Assembly (NCBI GenBank): GCA_902588515.1
Contig: CACIPP010000002.1
Coordinates: 12,810-76,809 of the forward strand
Source of the DNA: an uncultured Pelagibacteraceae bacterium
GTDB lineage: Bacteria; Pseudomonadota; Alphaproteobacteria; Pelagibacterales; Pelagibacteraceae
Direction of reading: 5' to 3'
Length of the DNA stretch: 64,000 bases
A program made the translations under genes and the position numbers. The first letter of the stretch is position 1. Every line of letters begins with the position of its first letter. Below are positions 31,629 through 40,596 of this stretch, piece after piece. Below the pieces are notes generated by a model that did not search any database, was not told the origin of the DNA, and saw only the letters and a list, made by a program, of their open reading frames with translations.

Positions 31629-32222
31629 ATGAAAAAAAATATTATCATTTGTTCACTATTTTTTTTTATTTCATCTTGTACATCAATTCCAAAAAACACA
31701 TTAAATGTATGCAACATTTTTTCTGAAAAATACTTATGGTATAAATTTGCCAAGAAAACAGAGAGAAAATGGGGTGCCCCAATAGAGCTTCAAATGGCAA
31801 TTATCAAAAAAGAGAGTGGATTTGATTGGTTAGCAAAGCCTGAAAGAACAAAAATTTTTAAGGTTATACCATGGAAAAGGCCATCAAGTTCATTTGGATA
31901 CTCCCAGGCTGTAGTTGGTACTTGGGATATGTATAAGAAATCTACAGGAAATACCTTAGCCTCTAGAGTATTATTCAAGGACTCTTCAGATTTTATAGGA
32001 TGGTATGTTAATCAAACTTATAAAAGACTAAAAATCAGCAAAAAAAATTATTTTAGACAGTATTTAGCTTATCACGAGGGTTGGAAAAATTATAAGCACT
32101 ATAATAAAAAGTCTAATGTTGTAGGTTACGCAAAGCAAGTGAGTATTCAAGCCAAAAAATATAGGTCTCAATTAAATCGATGTAAGAGAAAATTAAATAA
32201 GAAGAAGTATATTATATTTTAA
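31629..32222 (+). CDS. Lipoprotein with lytic-transglycosylase (SLT)-like core
   Basis: It has a lipobox (FFFISSC). The candidate catalytic Glu lies in IIKKESGFD, followed by FGYSQAVVGTW, which resembles the ES...GLMQ...T pattern of family-1 lytic transglycosylases. Confidence 0.5.
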   Translation: MKKNIIICSLFFFISSCTSIPKNTLNVCNIFSEKYLWYKFAKKTERKWGAPIELQMAIIKKESGFDWLAKPERTKIFKVIPWKRPSSSFGYSQAVVGTWDMYKKSTGNTLASRVLFKDSSDFIGWYVNQTYKRLKISKKNYFRQYLAYHEGWKNYKHYNKKSNVVGYAKQVSIQAKKYRSQLNRCKRKLNKKKYIIF

Positions 32223-35200
32223 TCTGTTTTTTTAACTCGACTTCAACAGCATCAATTCTATCTGTATTTTTTCCAATCACTAAATACATGCTAGGAATAA
32301 TATACAAAGTAAAAAAAGTTGTAAAAATCATCCCCATAAAAATAACCACCCCGATTGTTAGTCTGCTAGCCTCGCCTGGTCCACTACCTAAAATTAAAGG
32401 CAATACTCCAACGATAGTTGACAATGACGTCATCAGTATCGGTCTAAACCTGATTTTCGACGCTTCAAGAACTGCTTCTTGAATTTTTTTACCAGAGACT
32501 CTTAATTGATTTGCAAACTCAACAATTAATATTCCATTTTTTGCAGATAAACCAATTAGTATTATTAATCCAATTTGACTGTAGATATTTAATGAGCTAC
32601 CTGCAACTAGCAAACCAATTAAACCGCCAAATATTGCAAATGGAACGCTCAACATAATTGTTAAAGGATGTCTCCAACTTTCAAATTGCGCTGCCATTGC
32701 AAGATAAGCTGTAATTAAGGCTAAAACAAAAATTATATACAAGTCAAAGTTTGTTTTCTTATATTCTTCTGATGCACCTTTGTAAGAAACTCTTGCATCC
32801 TCTGGAAGTTTATCACTAACTATATTGTTCAAGAATTTTAATGCCTCATCTATTGAATAGTTTTCCGAAATCCTTGCAGAAATTGTTACTGCTCGCTGTC
32901 TATCATATCGACTTAGCAGAGGAGCCGTTGCTTTTTCTGATATACTTACAATATTTGAGATTGGAATTAATTTTCCAGAGGTATTTGACCTCACATAAAT
33001 TTTATTTAAATTCGACGGTTCTTGTCTATTTTTAATATCGCTTTGTAGAACGATCGAGTATTCTTTGCCTTGCTTTGTGAATTTGGTAACTTTTCTTGAA
33101 CCAAACATTGTTTCAATCGATCTTCCGATTGCTTGAATACTCACTCCAAGATCTGCAGCTTTTTCGTTATTAATTTCAATATTCAGTTCCGGTTTATTGA
33201 GATTATAATCATCCTCTACACTTAATAAATTTGGATTTTTCAAAGCTTCGTTTTTTATAATATTTTTCCAGTTCTCTAATTCTTCATAAGTATTTCCAAG
33301 AATCACAAATTGAATTGGCTTTTCAACGCCTCCAGCTCTAATTGCTTGTGGCATTACCGGGAAAGCTATGACCCCAGATACTTTACTTATTTTTTGAAAT
33401 GAATTCCTTAGTATAACCTTGCCATCTCTTTTTCTATCACTCCAATTTTCAAGTAAAACTAAAATAAACGATGAATTAACTTGCTTACTACTTCTACCAA
33501 ATCCAGGGACTCTTAAAAGAAGTCTTCTTATCTCCCCTTTACCAACCTCTGGTAAAAACATTTTTTCTATTTCTTCTGCTTTTGATGCCGTATAGTTAAA
33601 ACCGGACCCTTCAGGAGCTTTAACAATAATAAAGAAAACGCCCCTATCTTCTTTTGGCAACAGTTCTTTCTTAGTAATAAAGAAAAGTGATGACGTAATA
33701 ATCAATATCAAAACTAAAAATGTAATTATACTTTTAGATTTTGAAATAACGTATTCTAAACTATCAAAATATAATTTTTCTAAATTTTTAAAAAAATTGT
33801 TAAATTTTATGACTATATTTGATTTACTTTTTTTAACTTTTAGGTATTTCGAACCAATCATCGGTGACAATGAAAGAGCAACGAAACTCGATATACAGAC
33901 AGCAAAAGACAAAGTCACAGCCATTTCAAGAAATAATTTACCTATTAAACCTTTGATGAAAACTAACGGTAAAAACACTGACACTAAAACAACAGTTGTT
34001 GCAATAATTGGAAATGCTACCTGTTTTGAACCTTTATAAGCAGCTACTAACCTATTTTCACCCTTTTCCATTCTTCTCGATATATTTTCGCCCATAACTA
34101 TTGCGTCATCCACGACAATTCCAATTGCAAGGACTAATGCCATTAACGTAAATAAATTTAATGAGAAACCAGCAAGATATATTGCGAGAAATGTTGAAAT
34201 TAACCCTACTGGGATTGTTACAGCCGGGATAATAACACCAGTCAAGTTTCCCAAAAAAAGGTAAATTATAATTATGACGAGAACTATTGATATAAGAATT
34301 GTTTTATATACTTCAAATATAGCACTCTGAATGTACTCTGATCTATCGAATGAGATAGCTAAATCAGATCCTGGAGGCAGGGTTGGCCTTATCTTTTCTA
34401 CTTTTTTCTTTATGCTTTGGGCAACCTCAATCGTGTTTGCAGTCGATTGTTGATAAATTCCTATTCCTACTGTTTGATTACCGTTGCCTTTAAAAAGAGT
34501 ATTGGTAGTTAGTGCACCAAACTCAACACGGGCTATATCTTTTAATTTTATAATAGATCCGTCAGGCGCTCTTTTAAGAACAAGTTCATTATAATCATTT
34601 AAATTTTTGTATGCTTTTTGCACTTTTATAACTAGATCGACGTCTTTAGACTCAATTTTTCCAGCTGGAAACTCCACATTTTCAGTTTTTAATACGTCCT
34701 CTAATTCATCAGTAGTTATATTTCTTGCAGCCATTGCTACAGGATCTAACCAAAGTCTAAGTGACAATTGTCTTTCACCACCTAACCTAATTAATCCCAC
34801 ACCTGGAATATTCGCGAATTGATCTTTTAAATAACGATCAGCATAATCTGTTAATTCTAAATCTGACATTCTGCTACTTTGGAATGCAAGCCACATAGTT
34901 GTACGTCTATTTGCTGAGGACTTATAAACTTGTGGTGGCTCAGCTTGGTCTGGCAGTTCATCGCTAATTCTTGCAACCCTATCTCTTACGTCATTAGCAG
35001 CTACATCTAAGTCAATACCTAAATCGAACTCAAGAGTGATAGATGATCTGCCGTCTTCACTAATAGAGTCTATAGAAATTACCCCCGGCGTTCCTCCAAT
35101 TCTCTCTTCAATTTTTTGTGTAATTTGTTTATCTATAATTTTAGCTGACGCTCCGTCGTAATCAGTCCTAATATTAATTTTTGCTGTATCTATATCTGGT

Positions 35201-35310
35201 AGTTCACGAAGCGGAATCTTATTAAAGGTAAATACTCCAAATAAAACCAATACCAAACTCATTACAGTAGCAATTACTGGTCTTTTAATTGAAAGTTCAG
35301 TTAAAAACAT
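32212..35310 (-). CDS. RND-family efflux transporter, inner membrane pump (AcrB/HAE1-like)
   Basis: 1032 aa with a 12-TM, two-large-loop architecture. The N-terminus is the typical RND start (FLTELSIKRPVIATVMSLVLVLFG), and the conserved VVDDAIV motif is present. Confidence 0.9.
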   Translation of the reverse strand: MFLTELSIKRPVIATVMSLVLVLFGVFTFNKIPLRELPDIDTAKINIRTDYDGASAKIIDKQITQKIEERIGGTPGVISIDSISEDGRSSITLEFDLGIDLDVAANDVRDRVARISDELPDQAEPPQVYKSSANRRTTMWLAFQSSRMSDLELTDYADRYLKDQFANIPGVGLIRLGGERQLSLRLWLDPVAMAARNITTDELEDVLKTENVEFPAGKIESKDVDLVIKVQKAYKNLNDYNELVLKRAPDGSIIKLKDIARVEFGALTTNTLFKGNGNQTVGIGIYQQSTANTIEVAQSIKKKVEKIRPTLPPGSDLAISFDRSEYIQSAIFEVYKTILISIVLVIIIIYLFLGNLTGVIIPAVTIPVGLISTFLAIYLAGFSLNLFTLMALVLAIGIVVDDAIVMGENISRRMEKGENRLVAAYKGSKQVAFPIIATTVVLVSVFLPLVFIKGLIGKLFLEMAVTLSFAVCISSFVALSLSPMIGSKYLKVKKSKSNIVIKFNNFFKNLEKLYFDSLEYVISKSKSIITFLVLILIITSSLFFITKKELLPKEDRGVFFIIVKAPEGSGFNYTASKAEEIEKMFLPEVGKGEIRRLLLRVPGFGRSSKQVNSSFILVLLENWSDRKRDGKVILRNSFQKISKVSGVIAFPVMPQAIRAGGVEKPIQFVILGNTYEELENWKNIIKNEALKNPNLLSVEDDYNLNKPELNIEINNEKAADLGVSIQAIGRSIETMFGSRKVTKFTKQGKEYSIVLQSDIKNRQEPSNLNKIYVRSNTSGKLIPISNIVSISEKATAPLLSRYDRQRAVTISARISENYSIDEALKFLNNIVSDKLPEDARVSYKGASEEYKKTNFDLYIIFVLALITAYLAMAAQFESWRHPLTIMLSVPFAIFGGLIGLLVAGSSLNIYSQIGLIILIGLSAKNGILIVEFANQLRVSGKKIQEAVLEASKIRFRPILMTSLSTIVGVLPLILGSGPGEASRLTIGVVIFMGMIFTTFFTLYIIPSMYLVIGKNTDRIDAVEVELKKQIKI

Positions 35311-36188
35311 TATTGAAATTTATTTATTCTTATTTTTGTACCAGTTCTAACCTTATTTGTGCCCTCTGCTAAAATTACATCACCCTCATTTAGCCCTTCT
35401 AAAATTTCTACTTTACCATAGTTTCTTTTACCGATCATTACTTTCGTCCTAATGATTTTATCATCTACAATTTTGTAAACAAACTTATCTGTACTTTGAA
35501 TAATCAGTGCCTGTTCCGGTACCCCTAACGATTGTGTTTCATTAAAAATTAAATTTATGTTTATTAGCATACCAGGGATTAATTTTTGTGACTTGTTATC
35601 AATTTTTGCTTGTACAAGTATTGATCTCGTGGTCGGATCGACTCTAGAACTAATCGTCTCAATCTTACCGAAAAACTTTTCATCGAAAGCTGAAGTTGTA
35701 GCTTCAACCTTTAAATTTCTTTTTAGGATTTTAATATAATTCTCAGGTACTTTAATATCGACTTTCAATATCTTAATATCATCTAATGTTGCTATTATAG
35801 TTTGATCACCTCCCAAAATTCCAGGAGTTATTTCTCTTTTACCAATCTTACCGTCAAACGGAGCTACCACTTTCCCAGAGGTTAACACCGCAATAGTAGA
35901 TCCTTTTTTAATATTTTTGTAATTATTTAAATCTATTAATTTAATCAATTCATTTTTTTTTATTCTTATGGAGTAACTTCTGTTTGCTATTGCTGTACCG
36001 AACGTTTCAAGTTTATCGAAGAAATTTGCTTTGCTAACTTTAGTAGCCACAATCCCAATTGGTTTTGATCGGGCCTCCTGAATTTTTTTTGATATAATGT
36101 TCGACATCACCGCGCGACCTACTATTATCGAAGTGATAATAAAAATGATTACGGATAATATCGTAATAAATTTTGTTTTAGTTTTCAT
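35310..36188 (-). CDS. RND efflux membrane fusion protein (HlyD/AcrA family)
   Basis: It has an N-terminal TM anchor and beta-barrel/lipoyl-like segments. Its stop overlaps the pump's start codon by 1 nt (TAATG). Confidence 0.8.
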   Translation of the reverse strand: MKTKTKFITILSVIIFIITSIIVGRAVMSNIISKKIQEARSKPIGIVATKVSKANFFDKLETFGTAIANRSYSIRIKKNELIKLIDLNNYKNIKKGSTIAVLTSGKVVAPFDGKIGKREITPGILGGDQTIIATLDDIKILKVDIKVPENYIKILKRNLKVEATTSAFDEKFFGKIETISSRVDPTTRSILVQAKIDNKSQKLIPGMLININLIFNETQSLGVPEQALIIQSTDKFVYKIVDDKIIRTKVMIGKRNYGKVEILEGLNEGDVILAEGTNKVRTGTKIRINKFQ

Positions 36189-36264
36189 TTTATGATTTTA
36201 ACATTTCAACGTATAATTGAATACTTAAATATTTAAAACACGTAAAATTGTCTTAAAAAAATAA

Positions 36265-37098
36265 TTATTTATTAATTAAACCCTCTCTAATGGCCCATTC
36301 AGTCCAAGAACCATCAAAAATTTTAAACTCTTTATTAGTTACAATTTCATATGCCTTTCCTATTAGACATGCTGTTACACCTGAACCACAGGAGAATACA
36401 ACGTTTGTCTTTTCATCGATTTTATTTTTGTTAAAAATTTTCTGTAATTCCTCTTTTTTTTTATAACACCCAGTTACCTGATCCACTAGGTCGGTATATG
36501 GTATATTAATACTATTGGGTATAGATCCACTTTTTATTTCTTTACGTGGTTCAGGACTAGTTCCATCGAACCTTCCACTCGGCCGTGCATCAACCAATAC
36601 AAATTTTTGTTTAGTGATATTTTTTTTTACATCATCGTAACTGACAATATTTTCTCTTCTTAAATTAGCTTTATAAAATGTTGGAGATATTATTTTAGGA
36701 TTTCCTTTTTCTATTGGTAGCTTATCTAATTTCCATTTTTTCAAACCACCATCTAAAATTGAAACTTTTTTGTGCCCATAAGATTTAAACATCCACCACG
36801 CACGTGATGATGAAAAAATACCAAATGCATCATAAACAATTAAATGATTATTATTTTGTACTCCCAGTTTACCAAGTTTTTCACTGAATTTTTCATTACT
36901 TAAAAGTGTATGAGGATATGGGCAGTCTATATCAGAAAATTCATCAATATCGAAATAGATTGAATCTGGTATTCGTTCTTTAATGTATTCTTCTTTACCG
37001 TTTTTACCTAAATTAGGTAAGTACCAGCTACAATCTAAAATTTTTAAATCTTTATTATTTAGACTTGTGTATAACCATTGTGTATTTACTAAGCTCAT
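36265..37098 (-). CDS. sseA: 3-mercaptopyruvate/thiosulfate sulfurtransferase (tandem rhodanese)
   Basis: It has two rhodanese domains. The N-terminus is LVNTQWL....DLKILDCSWYLP. The active-site loop is FSCGSGVTAC. Confidence 0.85.
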   Translation of the reverse strand: MSLVNTQWLYTSLNNKDLKILDCSWYLPNLGKNGKEEYIKERIPDSIYFDIDEFSDIDCPYPHTLLSNEKFSEKLGKLGVQNNNHLIVYDAFGIFSSSRAWWMFKSYGHKKVSILDGGLKKWKLDKLPIEKGNPKIISPTFYKANLRRENIVSYDDVKKNITKQKFVLVDARPSGRFDGTSPEPRKEIKSGSIPNSINIPYTDLVDQVTGCYKKKEELQKIFNKNKIDEKTNVVFSCGSGVTACLIGKAYEIVTNKEFKIFDGSWTEWAIREGLINK

Positions 37099-37133
37099 TT
37101 CAATTTAAATTTTTTAGTATTATAATAAATCAT

Positions 37134-38018
37134 ATGCTCACTCAAAATCAACAAGGTATTATATTTATGTTGCTAAGTGTCATATGCTTTTCAACGATGG
37201 ATATATTAGTTAAATTTTTATCTGCATCCTATCCTACATTTCAGCTAGTTCTTTTCAGAGGTGTATTTGGTCTAATACCAATTTTTTTTATTATTCCTAA
37301 AAATCGCTATAAAAATTTATTTTATACTTCTAAAATTAAATTACATTCGGTTAGAGCTATTGCAGGAGCATTTGCAATGATATTCTTATTTCTAGGATTA
37401 AAATACTTGCCAATTGCAGATGCAATAGCTATTAGTTTTGCTGCACCAGTATTTGCAACGATCTTCTCAATTATATTTTTAAAAGAAACAGTAAGAATTT
37501 TTAGATGGATAGCGATTATTACAGGTCTTGGAGGAGTATTAATAATTTTAAAACCAGGTACAGATTTATTTTCTTTTTATGCTATTTATCCAATATTATT
37601 TTGCATTGGTTTCGGCATAATATCTATTGCAATAAAAAAACTCTCATCTACTGAGCCTGATTACTTAATAGCTCTATATTTTACCGTAGTGTTAATTATT
37701 ATCGGATCAATCAGTTGCTTTTTTCAATGGGAGACAATTAAGCAACCAGATTTGATATTTTTGATTTTGATTGGTATATCAGGATCTCTTGGAAATATAT
37801 TTCTGACAAAATCAATAAGGTACGCCGAAGTATCAAAAGTTACACCAATTAAATATTTAAGTTTAATTTTCGCAACAATATCAGGTATTTTTATTTTTAA
37901 TGAAATTCCGTCTTCATATACCCTTTTAGGATCTCTACTCATAATTACTAGCACAGCAATTATAATAAGAAGAGAAGCTATAAGAAAAATTAAAACAACA
38001 CCTCTTAGACAAGTCTGA
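37134..38018 (+). CDS. EamA/DMT-superfamily permease
   Basis: It has about 10 TM helices arranged as two EamA repeats. The ATG at 37134 (MLTQNQQGIIFML) was chosen. The track start overlaps the divergent sseA gene. Confidence 0.75.
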   Translation: MLTQNQQGIIFMLLSVICFSTMDILVKFLSASYPTFQLVLFRGVFGLIPIFFIIPKNRYKNLFYTSKIKLHSVRAIAGAFAMIFLFLGLKYLPIADAIAISFAAPVFATIFSIIFLKETVRIFRWIAIITGLGGVLIILKPGTDLFSFYAIYPILFCIGFGIISIAIKKLSSTEPDYLIALYFTVVLIIIGSISCFFQWETIKQPDLIFLILIGISGSLGNIFLTKSIRYAEVSKVTPIKYLSLIFATISGIFIFNEIPSSYTLLGSLLIITSTAIIIRREAIRKIKTTPLRQV

Positions 38019-38635
38019 TGGCAAAACCTTTATATTGGAAAAAAGCCAAAATGCATTTATCAAAAAAAGATAAAATTTTGAGAAAACTTATTGCAAAATA
38101 TAAAGGATCTTTAGTTTCAAGAGATGATGCGTATTACTCACTTTTAAAATCCATAGTTGGTCAGCAGATATCAGTTGCAGCTGCAAATTCGGTTTGGAAA
38201 AAACTAGAGAATAAAGCAAATAAAATTAGACCATTAAAAATTAGTAAATTAAGTAAACGTCAATTATCGTCATGCGGATTATCAAGACAAAAAATTGAAT
38301 ATATTAAAATTATAACCAAAAAATTCATTGATAAATCAATTTCTGTTCAAAAATTAAAACAATTAAGTGATGAAGATGCTATTAAATATTTAACTACAAT
38401 TAAAGGAGTGGGAAAGTGGACAGCAGAAATGTTCTTATTTTTCAATCAATTACGACCGAATATATTTCCCGTGCAAGATATTGGATTGTTAAGGGCCATA
38501 TCAATTCACTATAAAACAAAATATCCACCCAACTCTAGTCAATTAAATTATTTTAGGAATAAATGGAGCCCATATTGTACTGTTGCAACCTGGTATTTAT
38601 GGCGAAGTATTGATCCAGTTCCAGTAAAGTATTAG
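38018..38635 (+). CDS. HhH-GPD DNA glycosylase (3-methyladenine glycosylase II, AlkA-like)
   Basis: It has a helix-hairpin-helix (L..IKGVGKWTAEMFLFF) followed by PVQDIGL with the catalytic Asp context. It overlaps the upstream stop by 1 nt (TGATG). Confidence 0.75.
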   Translation: MAKPLYWKKAKMHLSKKDKILRKLIAKYKGSLVSRDDAYYSLLKSIVGQQISVAAANSVWKKLENKANKIRPLKISKLSKRQLSSCGLSRQKIEYIKIITKKFIDKSISVQKLKQLSDEDAIKYLTTIKGVGKWTAEMFLFFNQLRPNIFPVQDIGLLRAISIHYKTKYPPNSSQLNYFRNKWSPYCTVATWYLWRSIDPVPVKY

Positions 38636-38643
38636 ATTGTTTT

Positions 38644-39165
38644 ATGGCAGAAAAACTTATTATAAGTTGGGATGAATACAATAAAACTGTTGAAGAATTA
38701 GCGGTTAAAATTCATAGTAGTGGTTTCAAAGTTAATTTATTAATTGGCATTATGAGAGGTGGTGCGCCCATTATAGATGTTTTAAGTAGAATATTTAAAA
38801 TTAAATGTGCATATTTAGCTGTTGAATCTTATACAGGAAAAAGTATCGAGGATAATCAAGGAGATATAGTATTTTCAAGAGAACTAAGCTCTACTGCAAA
38901 AAATTTAGGGGGGAATATTCTACTGTGTGATGACTTATCCGATACCGGGGTGACTCTCACTGAGAGTATTAAATGGCTAAAAAAATACGATCCTATCAAA
39001 AATAATATCAATGAAATAAAAACTGCAGTTTTATGGAAAAAAAAACATTCTACTTTTGAGCCAGATTTTTGTGCCAAGAAGCTTGATACAAATCCTTGGA
39101 TTGTTCAACCATTTGAAAAGTACGAAGAAATTAGAATTGAAGATATAAAAAAAGGCACCACATAA
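38644..39165 (+). CDS. Purine phosphoribosyltransferase (type I PRTase)
   Basis: It has a PRPP-binding loop (ILLCDDLSDTGVTL) and an N-terminal MRGG flexible loop. It converges on a purine permease gene. Confidence 0.7.
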   Translation: MAEKLIISWDEYNKTVEELAVKIHSSGFKVNLLIGIMRGGAPIIDVLSRIFKIKCAYLAVESYTGKSIEDNQGDIVFSRELSSTAKNLGGNILLCDDLSDTGVTLTESIKWLKKYDPIKNNINEIKTAVLWKKKHSTFEPDFCAKKLDTNPWIVQPFEKYEEIRIEDIKKGTT

Positions 39166-39177
39166 AATATGTGGTGC
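39153..39177. terminator. Bidirectional intrinsic terminator hairpin (GGCACCACAT-AAAAT-ATGTGGTGCC)
   Basis: A perfect 10-bp GC-rich stem is flanked by A6 on the left and TTT on the right. This gives a U6 tract on the minus-strand transcript of the permease. The stem includes the last codons and stop of the PRTase gene. Confidence 0.75.
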
Positions 39178-39192
39178 CTTTAAATCAAATTT

Positions 39193-40479
39193 TTAAACTG
39201 CAAAACTTAGTACACTTAAAAGAGCAACTAACCATATCGCTGGGTTCACTCCTGCAAATTTACCAGTTAAAATTTTAATTGCTGCGTAAGAAATAAATGC
39301 AAGCGCTATACCATGGCTGATACTGTATGTTAAAGGCATAGTGATCATAGCTAATACTGCCGGTGCTGATTCTGAAATATCATCCCATTCAATGTCGACA
39401 ATATTTCTAACAAACAACACAGCTACATACACTAAGGCTGCACCATCAATTTGTTTTGGAAGTGATGTAGCAAGTGGCGCAAAAAATAAACAAGAAAGAA
39501 ATAAAACACCTATTACTAATGATGTCATACCCGTTCTTCCTCCTGCTTTTATACCTGAGCCTGACTCGATGTAACTTGTGACTGTAGTAGTTCCCAACAT
39601 GGATCCTGCAACTGTTCCTACACTGTCCGATAACATTGCTTTCTCGATGTCTTTTACTTTACCTTTAGAGTCAACTTTTCCTGCTACATTAGCTACTGAA
39701 GTTAATGTTCCTGCAGTATCGAAAAAGTCCACAAAGAAAAGTGTAAATACTACGGTTACCATACCTGCTGATAAAGCTGCACCCATATCGAATGTAAGAA
39801 GATGCTTCATAGGAGGTATAGATCCGACTACTCCATTAAATTTAGCAAGCCCTAAAACCCAAGCTATTATACTAAATACTAATATACCTATTATGATATT
39901 GCCTTTAATTTTTAGCTTTTCTAAAACAATCATTGTTACAAATGCTAAACACGCCAATAAAACAATTGGATCCTTTAAGTTTCCAAGCGTAACTAATGTT
40001 ACAGGGTGATTTGCAGACACGCCCATAATTTGTAAGCCAATAATTGCTAAAAATAATCCTATACCTGCACCAATTCCTAATTTTAGACTTTTTGGAATTG
40101 AATTAATTATCCAAGCTCTTAAAGGTGTTAAAGAAATTAATAAAAAGGCAATACCTGCAACGAACACTGCACCTAACGCTTGATCAGGAGTATAACCCAT
40201 ACCTTTACAAACTCCATAAGCAATAAATGCATTTAAACCCATTCCAGGAGCTAATCCTACTGGCCAAGTTTTTCCATACGCTGCCATTATAAAGCAAGCA
40301 ATTGCGGAAGCTAAAATTGTGGCTGTATAGACGCCGCCAAAATCAAATCCACCATCTTTTAGAATAATAGGATTTAAAAACATTATATAAGCCATGGTCA
40401 AAAAAGTTGTAACCCCAGCTGTAACCTCTGTTTTTAAATCTGTTTTATTTTGTTTAAATTTAAAATAATTTTCGAACAT
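39193..40479 (-). CDS. Purine (adenine/guanine/hypoxanthine) permease, NCS2/AzgA family
   Basis: 428 aa and polytopic. The N-terminus FKF..N.T.LKTE..AG.TTFLTMAYI.F.NP is typical of AzgA-like permeases. A strong SD (AAGGAG) lies 8 nt upstream of the ATG. Confidence 0.85.
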   Translation of the reverse strand: MFENYFKFKQNKTDLKTEVTAGVTTFLTMAYIMFLNPIILKDGGFDFGGVYTATILASAIACFIMAAYGKTWPVGLAPGMGLNAFIAYGVCKGMGYTPDQALGAVFVAGIAFLLISLTPLRAWIINSIPKSLKLGIGAGIGLFLAIIGLQIMGVSANHPVTLVTLGNLKDPIVLLACLAFVTMIVLEKLKIKGNIIIGILVFSIIAWVLGLAKFNGVVGSIPPMKHLLTFDMGAALSAGMVTVVFTLFFVDFFDTAGTLTSVANVAGKVDSKGKVKDIEKAMLSDSVGTVAGSMLGTTTVTSYIESGSGIKAGGRTGMTSLVIGVLFLSCLFFAPLATSLPKQIDGAALVYVAVLFVRNIVDIEWDDISESAPAVLAMITMPLTYSISHGIALAFISYAAIKILTGKFAGVNPAIWLVALLSVLSFAV

Positions 40480-40596
40480 AAATCTCCTTATTTAAGGACT
40501 TTATAGTTATTGATTCTAAAATTTTAAACTTAAAACAACTTTAGATGTGGATTAAATTTCAAACTTAAAATAAAATTCTGGTATAAGTTGAAAATT

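Noticed and set aside
36225-36236. A perfect 12-nt palindrome, TTAAATATTTAA, upstream of the RND efflux operon, considered as a possible TetR-type operator.
   Set aside because: Pure A/T palindromes of this size are expected frequently in DNA of this composition. No TetR-family regulator gene is adjacent.
40480-40596. A possible purine riboswitch upstream of the AzgA-type purine permease.
   Set aside because: The minus-strand leader lacks the conserved purine-aptamer elements (the three-way junction with U-rich and CCGUAAA-like/loop-loop motifs). It is nearly pure A/T. Only a 10-nt direct repeat (AAACTTAAAA at 40526 and 40561) was seen, and that is plausible by chance in this composition.
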